32,000 bases of DNA from Hyphomicrobium sp. (GTDB lineage Bacteria > Pseudomonadota > Alphaproteobacteria > Rhizobiales > Hyphomicrobiaceae). The position numbers and the translations under genes are program-made. Below are positions 1-9,919 of this stretch, piece by piece. The stretch is taken from NCBI GenBank assembly GCA_035325525.1, contig DAOKZR010000004.1:250807-282806 (forward strand), read 5' to 3'. How positions within the stretch are numbered: position 1 is the stretch's first letter; every line of letters begins with the position of its first letter. Below the pieces are notes generated by a model, which saw only the letters and a list, made by a program, of their open reading frames with translations, was not told the origin of the DNA and made no database searches.

Positions 1-578
1 CGAAACATCTCAACGGCACGTTTCGTGTTCTCGAAGCTCTGGATACGGTTGATGGCCTGTTGAACCTCCTCGTCGAAGTCCTGCACACCCAGCGACACGC
101 GATTGATGCCAATGGCGGCAAAGGCGGCGACCTGTTCGTCGCTCAAGGAGCGCGGGTCGATTTCAACGGCGTATTCGGCTTGCGGCGCAATGCCGAACGC
201 CGACCGCAACGCCGCCCCGACGCGCGCGATGTCGTCGGGCGCAAGGGCATTGGGCGAGCCTCCGCCCCAATGCACGTGCGTGACGCGATGGTGCCCGGCG
301 AACTGGCTGACGAGCGCGATCTCGCGCAGCAGCGCCTCGACGTAGGTCCTTACCGGCTCATAGCGGCGTATCGCCTTCGTGTTGCAGCCGCAGTACCAGC
401 AAAGTTCATGGCAAAACGGGATGTGGAGGTAGAGTGACAGCTTCGTGTCGGAGGGCAACGCGCGCAGCCACGTCTCATAGACCTGCGGGCCGATCGCGGG
501 CGAAAAATACGGAGCCGTGGGATAGCTCGTGTAACGGGGTACCGGCGCGGAATAGCGCCTGATAAGGTCGGGAAGCAT
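1..578 (-). CDS. hemN: Oxygen-independent coproporphyrinogen III oxidase (radical SAM), N-terminal part; the gene runs off the left edge
   Basis: Absent from the ORF track because there is no stop in the window. Reverse-strand translation from ATG (578..576) gives MLPDLIRRYSAPVPRYTSYPTAPYFSPAIGPQVYETWL...LSLYLHIPFCHELCWYCGCNTKA...THVHWGGGSPNAL...INRVSLGVQDFD. This shows the HemN N-terminal signature, the CxxxCxxC radical-SAM motif and the GGGSP motif. Confidence 0.9.
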   Translation of the reverse strand, partial: MLPDLIRRYSAPVPRYTSYPTAPYFSPAIGPQVYETWLRALPSDTKLSLYLHIPFCHELCWYCGCNTKAIRRYEPVRTYVEALLREIALVSQFAGHHRVTHVHWGGGSPNALAPDDIARVGAALRSAFGIAPQAEYAVEIDPRSLSDEQVAAFAAIGINRVSLGVQDFDEEVQQAINRIQSFENTKRAVEMF

Positions 579-663
579 GCCGGAGTTTCCTCGCCTTCGT
601 GGCCTGTCGATATGGCCGGTCGATCCTTCAGCCTAGACATGCCCCAAGTGCGGTCCAGTCAGT

Positions 664-677
664 TTGACATTGGTCAA
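664..677. promoter_or_regulatory. FNR/FixK-type anaerobox TTGAC-ATTG-GTCAA upstream of hemN
   Basis: Perfect palindrome TTGACATTGGTCAA matching TTGA-N6-TCAA, centred about 92 nt upstream of the hemN ATG. hemN is a classical FNR/FixK target. Confidence 0.7.
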
Positions 678-1011
678 GCCACCGTGGCCTGGGCCTCACG
701 GCGAATTGTCACTGTCCGGGCGCAAATTCCCCGTCAGGGAGGGGCTCGGACCTGACGCTGACGGCCCGGCGGAGCCGACGGCGCCACCGGGGCGATGCCG
801 TGCAGGCCATCGCCTTGTAATCTCGGCCAAAACAGCCAGCGCCCGACGCCTGCCGTGTTGCACGGGTGGCCGGGCGTACCGTTGAGCGGCAATATCTGCT
901 AGACGAGCCGGCAGACCAGCCAGGTAGACGCCATCCGTCAGCGCCAAGGACGTGTTGCCCCTTGCCCCGCACCACCATCAATCTGATCATCATGGGCGCC
1001 TCCGGCTGCCG

Positions 1012-2499
1012 ATGACATCATGCTCAACCAAGGCGCCACCCCCACCGCAGGCCGCGCTATCGATCCGGCTGGTTGCCGTCTTCTTCTCCACGGCGATGCT
1101 ACTCGTTGTTGCCGCCAGCGCCATTCTCTATACGGCGACCGTTGCTGCGCTCAATCAGGCCGACGACCAAGTCGTCGACAAGCGCGCCGCGGCCATCGCC
1201 GATATTCTCAATGAACCGGCCATCAACGAAGCCCTGCTCGCTCATGAGATCAATGAGGACAACCAGGGACCCCGCCAGATCTTCATTCGCGTGATGACGC
1301 CTGCCGCAGGCGCTGCGCAGGAAACAGAAGGGATGAGTGACTACCTTCCAGCCGGCATCCTGCCAAACCCCGAAAACGCGGCCCTTGGCGCCCCGGTGCG
1401 GGCAACGGTCACGACAAAGAAAGGCCAAACCTTCCGGACCGCGAGCCGGCGCGTGCGTGTCGCAGGTGCTGGCGGCGCCGCATTCGCGATACTGCAGGTG
1501 GCCACCGACACCACGCTCGACGAGAACGCGCTTGCCCTGTTCCGCGGCATCCTGCTGGCGGTCGTCGGCGGCGCCTTTCCTCTGGCCGCCGCGCTGTCGT
1601 GGTACATCGTCAAACGGGAGCTGAAGCCGCTCGCACGCATCACGGCCGCCACGCAGGATATCGACGCCGACACCATCGGCCGGCGCTTGTCCCTCGAGAC
1701 ATTGCCCGACGAGCTTCATCGCCTTGCGCGCCAGTTCAATCTCATGCTGGACCGCCTGGAGGCCTCCTGGGAGGACCTGAAGCACTATGCCGATACCATC
1801 GCGCACGAGATGCGCACGCCCATCAATCGCATGCGCCTCAATAGCGAGATCGCGCTGGCGAAGGCTGAAACCGAAGACGAGCTGCGCGAGGTAGTGCATT
1901 CCAACCTCGCAGAATGCGAGCGTCTCACCCGGCTGCTTAACGGACTGTTGTTCCTGGCTCGCGCCGACAATCATCAGGCGGCTATTTTGCCCGAACGCTT
2001 CAGCCCGGCAAGCCAACTCGCGGTGGTCAAGGAATTCTACGAAGACGACGCCACATCGGCCGGCGTGACGTTGAAATGCGAGGCTCGACCCGAGTGCTGC
2101 GAGATTGTCGCCGACCGCGAGTTGTTCAAACAAGCGCTCGCCAATCTCGTCTCCAACGCCATCCGCCACACGCCCAAGGGCGGCTCGGTCATCCTCTCGT
2201 GCTCATCTACGCTCCACGAGATCCTCGTCCAGGTTGAGGACACAGGCAGCGGCATTGCACCGGAAGTCGGCGCCCGGATTTTCGATCGCTTCTATCGCGG
2301 CGGCGGCGCGGCGACACAAGACAGCCGGGCCGGCCTGGGCCTTGCCATTACAAAAAATATCATGAAATTGCATGGCGGCCGCATCACAATGGACAGCGCG
2401 CCGGGGCGCGGAACGCGTATGACGTTGGCGTTTCCTTTGCGCGGTAATATGCTGCCGGGACCGGCGGCTGTTTCGGGTATCGGCGAGACTGGGACTTGA
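1012..2499 (+). CDS. Two-component sensor histidine kinase, heavy-metal (CusS/CopS)-like subfamily; no cognate response regulator adjacent
   Basis: ORF track 952..2499; I prefer ATG 1012 (MTSCSTK...), which is followed by TM segment LVAVFFSTAMLLVVAASAILY. There is a second TM plus HAMP (LKPLARITAATQDID), H-box ADTIAHEMRTPINRM, X-region LNGLLFLARADN, N box LANLVSNAIRHTP and G boxes EDTGSGI / GLGLAITKNIMKLHGG. Confidence 0.85.
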   Translation: MTSCSTKAPPPPQAALSIRLVAVFFSTAMLLVVAASAILYTATVAALNQADDQVVDKRAAAIADILNEPAINEALLAHEINEDNQGPRQIFIRVMTPAAGAAQETEGMSDYLPAGILPNPENAALGAPVRATVTTKKGQTFRTASRRVRVAGAGGAAFAILQVATDTTLDENALALFRGILLAVVGGAFPLAAALSWYIVKRELKPLARITAATQDIDADTIGRRLSLETLPDELHRLARQFNLMLDRLEASWEDLKHYADTIAHEMRTPINRMRLNSEIALAKAETEDELREVVHSNLAECERLTRLLNGLLFLARADNHQAAILPERFSPASQLAVVKEFYEDDATSAGVTLKCEARPECCEIVADRELFKQALANLVSNAIRHTPKGGSVILSCSSTLHEILVQVEDTGSGIAPEVGARIFDRFYRGGGAATQDSRAGLGLAITKNIMKLHGGRITMDSAPGRGTRMTLAFPLRGNMLPGPAAVSGIGETGT

Positions 2500-3482
2500 G
2501 TGCCATTCACACGACAGACGATATTTCCGGCCAGCGCCGGAAACCACACGAGGAGACCGGCGGCCTCACACGCGCCGCGTTCGTGCGCCTGACAGGTTCA
2601 GCCTTGGCGTCGGGCCTCTGGCCGCTCCGGGTACTGGCCGCCAACTCCGAGGAGCACATGCTCACACGCCCCATTCCTTCCAGCGGACAAGCGTTGCCAG
2701 CGATCGGTCTGGGTACCTGGCAAGTGTTTGACGTAGGCAGCGATCAAGCCGCGCGCGCGCCCCTAGCGCAGGTGCTCGATACCCTTTTCATGGCAGGCGG
2801 GTCGGTCGTGGACTCCTCCCCCATGTACGGCCGCGCGGAAGCCGTCGCAGGAGATCTCATCGCGGCCGCCAATGCGCGCGACAAAGCCTTCATTGCGACC
2901 AAGGTCTGGACGACGGGGCGTGCGGAGGGCATCGCTCAGATGGAGCGCTCCATGGGGTTGCTGAAGAGCGGCAAGACCATCGACCTCATGCAGGTTCACA
3001 ATCTGGTCGACTACAAGACGCACCTCGACACGCTGCGCGGCTGGAAGGCGGACGGGCGGGTAAAGTACATCGGCGTCACCCATTACACGGCCAGTGCCTT
3101 CGATGATCTGGAAGCGGTCTTGCGCTCCGAAAAGCTCGACTTCGTACAGCTCAACTACGCCGCCGACGACCGTGCCGCAGAAAAGATCTTGTTGCCGCTT
3201 GCAGCCGACAAGGGCATTGCGGTTCTTGTCAACCGGCCCTTCGGAGGCGGCGGCGCGCTGCGCCGTCTCAAGAACAAACCGCTGCCGGATTTTGCAGCCG
3301 AGACCGGCGCAACGAGCTGGGCGCAACTTCTGCTCAAGTTCATCCTCGCGCACGCCTCGATCACGTGCGCAATTCCCGGCACGGCGAAGCCCGCGCACAT
3401 GGCCGACAACGTGAAGGCGGCCATGGGAACTTTGCCGGATGCCGCCATGCGCGAGAAAATCGCCGCCGCTGCCACAGCTTGA
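2496..3482 (+). CDS. Aldo/keto reductase family oxidoreductase (start uncertain)
   Basis: ORF track. AKR-like motifs: AIGLGTWQVF, DSSPMYGRAE, FIATKVW, LMQVHN, YIGVTHY, VLVNRPFGGG, IPGTAKPAHM. TTG 2496 overlaps the kinase stop (TTGA) and adds a signal-like N-terminus (TRAAFVRLTGSALASGLWPLRVLAA). The alternative start is ATG 2658, preceded by GAGGAG. Confidence 0.85.
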   Translation: MSAIHTTDDISGQRRKPHEETGGLTRAAFVRLTGSALASGLWPLRVLAANSEEHMLTRPIPSSGQALPAIGLGTWQVFDVGSDQAARAPLAQVLDTLFMAGGSVVDSSPMYGRAEAVAGDLIAAANARDKAFIATKVWTTGRAEGIAQMERSMGLLKSGKTIDLMQVHNLVDYKTHLDTLRGWKADGRVKYIGVTHYTASAFDDLEAVLRSEKLDFVQLNYAADDRAAEKILLPLAADKGIAVLVNRPFGGGGALRRLKNKPLPDFAAETGATSWAQLLLKFILAHASITCAIPGTAKPAHMADNVKAAMGTLPDAAMREKIAAAATA

Positions 3483-3579
3483 GCGAACGGCTTGAATTTC
3501 ACCCGGCACGGAATGAAAGCCATCGCGCCAGCGTTATGCGTTCCAGGGGAGGGCAAACGTCTCGACACGGGAGAGCGTC

Positions 3580-3771
3580 ATGCGCCTCGAGGGAGAGAAT
3601 AAAGCGTCCGCCGCGTTGGAACTTGGCGTCAATTCAAACGAGAGCTTCCGGACCAGTCCGCCGAACGCCGTCTATCGGATCAGCTGTACGCGCGAGGCGT
3701 TCGCGCAGCCCGATTGCAGTGAAGTCCGCATGATCCCGCGCCTGCCGGTACCCCATAGGGTTTCGGCTTGA
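3580..3771 (+). CDS. Hypothetical small protein (63 aa), weakly supported
   Basis: ORF track. GGGAGA Shine-Dalgarno 5 nt upstream of the ATG, third-position GC moderately high by eye, and a perfect stem-loop 28 nt after the stop. No recognisable motifs. Confidence 0.3.
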   Translation: MRLEGENKASAALELGVNSNESFRTSPPNAVYRISCTREAFAQPDCSEVRMIPRLPVPHRVSA

Positions 3772-3798
3772 CGCGCAAAAGCCAAGTCTAGGGAGAGA

Positions 3799-3832
3799 CC
3801 CCATCCGCCTTGCGAATGCGAGGCGGATGGGG
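3799..3832 (+). terminator. Perfect 12-bp stem-loop (ccccatccgcct / aggcggatgggg, 10-nt loop), weak T tail
   Basis: Inverted repeat read directly. Only TT follows, so it may be a stabiliser or a weak terminator. Confidence 0.4.
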
Positions 3833-4023
3833 TTCAGTCCGTAGAGGCTACCGTCTCACATGATTTTCGGTCCCGCACGAGGCTGCTTGAAACGGTCTTG
3901 CGCAAAGGCCATCTCCCAACGGGCGGCGCCTAGCCTGCGCCGGGGAGAACGCGTAGGCTCCTGGCCCGGTCTTCCCCTTGAGTATCACTTGAATGCCGAT
4001 CCGCCGTGGGCCAGAATGACGAC

Positions 4024-4122
4024 TTTCCGAGGGGAGCCGGTGGACCGGCTGAGATCGCGGCAATTGGAGCCCGAACACCCTTAGAACCTGATCCGGGTCA
4101 TGCCGGCGATAGGGACGGAGCC
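4024..4122 (+). promoter_or_regulatory. TPP (THI-box) riboswitch aptamer
   Basis: ccgaGGGGAGCCGGTGGACCGGCTGAGATCGCGG...CCCGAACACCCTTAGAACCTGATCCGGGTCATGCCGGCGATAGGGACGGA contains the conserved CTGAGA, ACCCTT-GAACCTGATC-GG-T-ATGCC-GCG-AGGGA cores. It lies upstream of thiC. Confidence 0.9.
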
Positions 4123-4229
4123 TCCAGCATGTCCACGCATTACACACACGTTGGGATGATCGAACCGCCCGAGGCGCGCCGTGACGAGCTTCGGGGGCTC
4201 AAAATGACCCTTTGGCGGTTTATCGCTGA

Positions 4230-6356
<2,127 letters not shown>

Positions 6357-6370
6357 GGCGTCGAGCGAGG

Positions 6371-6530
6371 GCCGTTTGCGCGTTCGTTACCTGCCGCGCA
6401 AACGGCTCCGCTCACGAGCCTCGCCGCGCTTTTTGACGGAAAACCGGTTCCCACTTTTCCTAAGAGCGCTCGGTTCTGCCTGATCGCGCTTTTTGACGGA
6501 AAACCGGTTCCCACTTTTCCTAAAAGCGCT
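6371..6530 (+). repeat. Dispersed intergenic repeat, locus 1: 12-bp hairpin (gccgtttgcgcg/cgcgcaaacggc) plus two tandem copies (60-bp period) of the core cgcgctttttgacggaaaaccggttcccacttttccta
   Basis: 6425..6462 and 6485..6522 are identical (38 nt). Hairpin arms are 6371..6382 and 6395..6406. The same core and hairpin modules recur near 9690, 18394 and 25717. Confidence 0.85.
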
Positions 6531-6743
6531 CATAAGGTCTCCCCAACGCACCCACCCTGCATCGCAGGTTTTTCCCCGGGTGCATCGCACCGTTCCGCTT
6601 GAAGGGCTCGAGCATTGCCCGCGGTTGCGGCATTTTGCCCTAAAGTTAGGTGGCGAATTGCCCAATCCAAGAGCATGCCTCAAAAACGCGCCCGCGGGAG
6701 TCGGCGCGATACTCGCGGCCCATATCGATTTGGCGAGGGAATA

Positions 6744-8087
6744 ATGAGGTTTACCAGTCTTGAAAGCTGCCTTGAGAGTGTCGCCCAGCACAATCCAGGC
6801 CAATCTGAATTCTTACAGGCCGTCACAGAAGTGATGGAGAGCATTTGGCCCTATATCGAGCGCAACCCGCGTTATAGCGAAGACAGTCTCATCCACCGTC
6901 TTGTCGAACCCGAGCGCGTGATCATCTTCCGGGTGCCATGGGTTGACGACAAAGGAGACGTCCACGTCAACCGCGGTTACCGCATCCAGCACAGTTCGGC
7001 AATCGGTCCTTTCAAGGGCGGTATCCGCTTTCACCCCAGCGTCAACCTGTCGATCCTGAAGTTCCTCGCCTTCGAACAGACATTCAAGAACGCGCTGACG
7101 ACTCTCCCGATGGGCGGCGGCAAGGGTGGCAGCAACTTCGATCCCAAGGGCCGTAGCCCGAACGAGGTGATGCGCTTTTGCCAATCGTTCGTGGCCGAAC
7201 TCTTCCGCCACATCGGCGCCGACACCGACGTGCCTGCGGGCGACATCGGCGTCGGCAGCCGCGAAGTCGGCTACATGACCGGCATGATGAAGAAGCTGTC
7301 GAACCGGGCGGACTGCGTGTTCACCGGCAAGGGCCTGAGCTTTGGCGGATCTGAGCTTCGCCCCGAGGCGACCGGCTATGGCACGGTCTACTTCGCCCAC
7401 GAGATGCTCAAGCGCTCCGGACGGTCCTTCGAAGGTGCGCGCGTTATCGTTTCAGGCTCTGGAAACGTCGCGCAATACGCAATCGAGAAGTGCCTCGATC
7501 TTGGCGCCAAGGTCGTCGCGGCGTCCGATTCCACCGGCACCGTCATCGACGAAGATGGCTTTACGCGCGAAAAACTGGCGATCCTCATGGACGTCAAGAA
7601 TGTGCACTACGGCCGCATTTCCGACTACGCGGACAAGGTCAAGGCGCGCTTTGAGCCCAACATCAATCCGTGGAGCGTCAACGCCGACATCGCTCTTCCC
7701 TGCGCCACACAGAACGAACTCGACGAGAGCGATGCCGGGATGCTCGTCAAAAACGGCGTCAAGTGCGTGGCCGAAGGCGCCAACATGCCCTCGACCGCCA
7801 GCGCGGTCCGCGTTTTCCACAAGGCCGGAACCTTGTTTGCGCCGGGCAAGGCGAGCAACGCCGGCGGCGTTGCCACATCGGGACTAGAGATGAGCCAGAA
7901 CGCCATGCGGATCGCATGGCCGCGAGAGGAGATCGATCGCCGCCTGTCGGAAATCATGTGCGGTATCCACGCCGCATGCGTGGAATACGGCCAAAGACCC
8001 GACGGCAGCGTGAACTATGTCGATGGCGCCAACATCGCTGGCTTCGTCAAGGTTGCCAACGCGATGTTGGCCCAGGGCGTCGTCTGA
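6744..8087 (+). CDS. gdhA: NADP-specific glutamate dehydrogenase
   Basis: ORF track 6615..8087. I start at ATG 6744 (GAGGGA upstream), giving 447 aa. MRFTSLESCLESV..., SEFLQAV, RVPWVDDKG..VNRGYR.Q.S.AIGPFKGGIRFHP, FEQTFKNALTTLPMGGGKGGSNFDPKG, SGSGNVAQYA. Confidence 0.95.
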   Translation: MRFTSLESCLESVAQHNPGQSEFLQAVTEVMESIWPYIERNPRYSEDSLIHRLVEPERVIIFRVPWVDDKGDVHVNRGYRIQHSSAIGPFKGGIRFHPSVNLSILKFLAFEQTFKNALTTLPMGGGKGGSNFDPKGRSPNEVMRFCQSFVAELFRHIGADTDVPAGDIGVGSREVGYMTGMMKKLSNRADCVFTGKGLSFGGSELRPEATGYGTVYFAHEMLKRSGRSFEGARVIVSGSGNVAQYAIEKCLDLGAKVVAASDSTGTVIDEDGFTREKLAILMDVKNVHYGRISDYADKVKARFEPNINPWSVNADIALPCATQNELDESDAGMLVKNGVKCVAEGANMPSTASAVRVFHKAGTLFAPGKASNAGGVATSGLEMSQNAMRIAWPREEIDRRLSEIMCGIHAACVEYGQRPDGSVNYVDGANIAGFVKVANAMLAQGVV

Positions 8088-8202
8088 GATCTGCTCAGGG
8101 GCGCGATCCGGCGGCTTCCTGCTTGTTCGGGGGTTGCCTTGAAAAGACCGCGAAGCATGGCAACATAGGTTTCGTCGTCAACAACTGAAAGGAGGTGATC
8201 CG

Positions 8203-8280
8203 ATGTCGAGTGGGAGTTGCAAGGCTGCGATGTCGCGGTCGCTGAATTCTTCGCCGGTTTGCCTTCTGGTGGCCAGCTAA
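8203..8280 (+). CDS. Candidate 25-codon small ORF (MSSGSCKAAMSRSLNSSPVCLLVAS) with an extended Shine-Dalgarno
   Basis: GAAAGGAGGTGATCC (8187..8201) is a 15-nt perfect complement of the 16S rRNA 3' tail, and the GGAGG core lies 7 nt from the ATG. A stem-loop follows 63 nt after the stop. Below the ORF-track length cut-off. Confidence 0.25.
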   Translation: MSSGSCKAAMSRSLNSSPVCLLVAS

Positions 8281-8343
8281 CGAATTGAGCTTCGCGGGCG
8301 GACAACATCATCCGCTTCACGCATGGCAGGCTTTATCTCACGG

Positions 8344-8368
8344 GGGCCGCTCGCAAGAGCGGCCCTTT
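8344..8368 (+). terminator. 9-bp GC stem with GCAA tetraloop (gggccgctc-gcaa-gagcggccc) followed by TTT
   Basis: Inverted repeat read directly. The T tail is short, so terminator strength is uncertain. Confidence 0.4.
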
Positions 8369-8509
8369 CGGAGTCTTATGCCTCACAAACACGCCGCGCC
8401 CCGCGCAACGAGAACGCGCCCCGCGCAACCAAAACGGCGGGTTGCACTGTGCAAAGCACTGTGCGAAACCGCCGCCGGCAGTTGATTTCAGAAGTGGCGC
8501 CGCCGCCGA

Positions 8510-9061
8510 TCAGGGGTTGTAGTTCACATCCACCGTGAACGTCATCTCAGCGCGCTTGCGCTCGCCGCCCGCGCGCGTCACCTCGGTCCGGCAGCGATAC
8601 TCCGAAGCCATGCCCTCGATGCGGCACGTCCGCGAGTTGACGACGAAATCGAGATCGCGCTTGGGATCGATACGATTGATGTCGATCTGATCATCCGCGG
8701 CGATGTCCTTGTCGAACACCTCGATTTTCACGTCGGTGCGGCCGGCCGGCACGATCGCGGCAAAGCGCCAATTCGGGATGATGCCATCCGTTTGGCGCAC
8801 GGGCTGCGATTTGAACACCTGCCCGCCGATGGTGACGCGCGCATAGAAATCTTCATTGCTGAAAGCGTCGCCTTTATCGAGCGCAACGAGGCGATTTATC
8901 GTCACCTGTACTTCGACGTCCCGCGAGTTGTTGTAGTAGTGATGGCTGCGCCGATGCCGCTTATGTGGATGTGCATCGGCGATAGTCGTGAAAGTCATGA
9001 GCCCCGCAAGGGCAAGAACAACCGCGGCGAACCCGCTCTCGAAAAGCTTCTGGACCGACAT
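8510..9061 (-). CDS. Secreted protein with a C2-domain-like beta-sandwich signature
   Basis: ORF track, 183 aa. AAAGGTG SD. Signal peptide MSVQKLFESGFAAVVLALAGLMTFTTIADA. The body VEVQVTINRLVALDKGDAFSNEDFYARVTIGGQVFKSQPVRQTDGIIPNWRFAAIVPAGRTDVKIEVFDKDIAADDQIDIN resembles the C2 pattern (D..g..DpYv.v.ig....kt......NP.W...f.f.v.....l.i.V.D.D...dD.ig). Confidence 0.7.
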   Translation of the reverse strand: MSVQKLFESGFAAVVLALAGLMTFTTIADAHPHKRHRRSHHYYNNSRDVEVQVTINRLVALDKGDAFSNEDFYARVTIGGQVFKSQPVRQTDGIIPNWRFAAIVPAGRTDVKIEVFDKDIAADDQIDINRIDPKRDLDFVVNSRTCRIEGMASEYRCRTEVTRAGGERKRAEMTFTVDVNYNP

Positions 9062-9689
9062 GAAAGCACCTTTCGCAACCTACACGCACCGACTTGCCTG
9101 CGGGACGGGCGCCCGCCCCGCCGCGTTCTTTACGACACTTGATTGCAGGGCGATACGGCCGGTGAGCACATCGCCCCTGCGGCGTTGCCGGAAGGCATCG
9201 TTAAGAGCCGTTCGCCATGAAAAAGAACGAGCGATCCTGCCGGAAATACCTCCGCACAAGGGCCGATAAATTTGTGCACGACTTTGCCTGAACGGATCAT
9301 GAGCGCGGACGAATGGCGTATCCAGCGGCTCGTCGGGATGCGGATGCTACATAAATGCCACAACACAAACGAATCACACTGAGACCTGCATTTTGTTGTG
9401 GATGTCAACAATGATCCGTTCTAATCTTTTTCTTGTGGGACAGCTGATCGGGGGATCGGCTGGGGGTAAGAATTCTCACAAAAAACGCCAGATGCTCGCA
9501 TCGGAATGTCATTCCGAGATGAGTTAAACCGATGGAATTCAGTCAACGTGCGTGATGCATTTTGACAACGCTGGAGGTTTGTGGCGGACCCGAAAGATCG
9601 ATGGATCTTTCAAAAAAGAGCGGGTGGCGCAAGCCGCCCGTTTCTTTTTGACAAAGACGACGGCGGGGAACCGCACCGAGGCCGCGCTT

Positions 9690-9790
9690 CCCGCCTTTTG
9701 CGCGTTTCGTGCAAATCGCGCGGGAAGACTGCGCGTATTTGTTTCCTCGCGCTTCCTTGCCGGAAAACCGGTTCCTGCTGTCCGCCAGGG
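9690..9790. repeat. Dispersed intergenic repeat, locus 2
   Basis: cttcccgccttttgcgcgtttcgtgcaaatcgcgcgggaag hairpin module, then tatttgtttcctcgcgcttccttgccggaaaaccggttcctgctgtcc. Matches the locus 1/3/4 core (tcgcgctt-N-ggaaaaccggttcc). Confidence 0.6.
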
Positions 9791-9919
9791 CTTGTCCCTG
9801 TGTCTTTATCTGTCCGCGTATGCGCCTTGGAAAGCGTGGCGCGTTGGACCTTGGGTACGAGGCCCGACGTGATGGCGGAGCGTACCGATCATCAACACGC
9901 CGTCAGCAGGCAGATAACG

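Noticed and set aside
1099-2169. 356-aa minus-strand ORF antisense to the sensor kinase, plus similar long antisense or off-frame ORFs at 5187..6065(-), 10076..11257(+), 12114..13112(+), 14761..15747(-), 16210..17046(-), 26876..28111(+) and 29813..30682(+)
   Set aside because: Each lies entirely inside a gene with strong family motifs on the other strand. Their translations are Arg/Gly/Ala/Pro-rich with no motifs, which is typical of shadow ORFs in GC-rich DNA.
6425-6530. Two identical 38-46-nt repeats with a short unique spacer; considered as a mini CRISPR array
   Set aside because: There are only two copies, the spacer is ~14 nt, no cas genes are present, and the same core occurs singly at three other intergenic loci. 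It is a dispersed REP/MITE-like repeat, not a CRISPR.
6625-6650. Possible sigma54 promoter (GGC-N-TTGC-like: cggcattttgcc) upstream of gdhA
   Set aside because: The GG-to-GC spacing is about 8 nt instead of the required 12, so it does not fit the TGGCAC-N5-TTGC geometry.
6615-6743. Longer 490-aa form of gdhA starting at 6615
   Set aside because: The 43 extra residues are basic junk overlapping the promoter/repeat region. ATG 6744 has an SD and gives the standard 447-aa GdhA beginning just before the conserved N-terminal helix.
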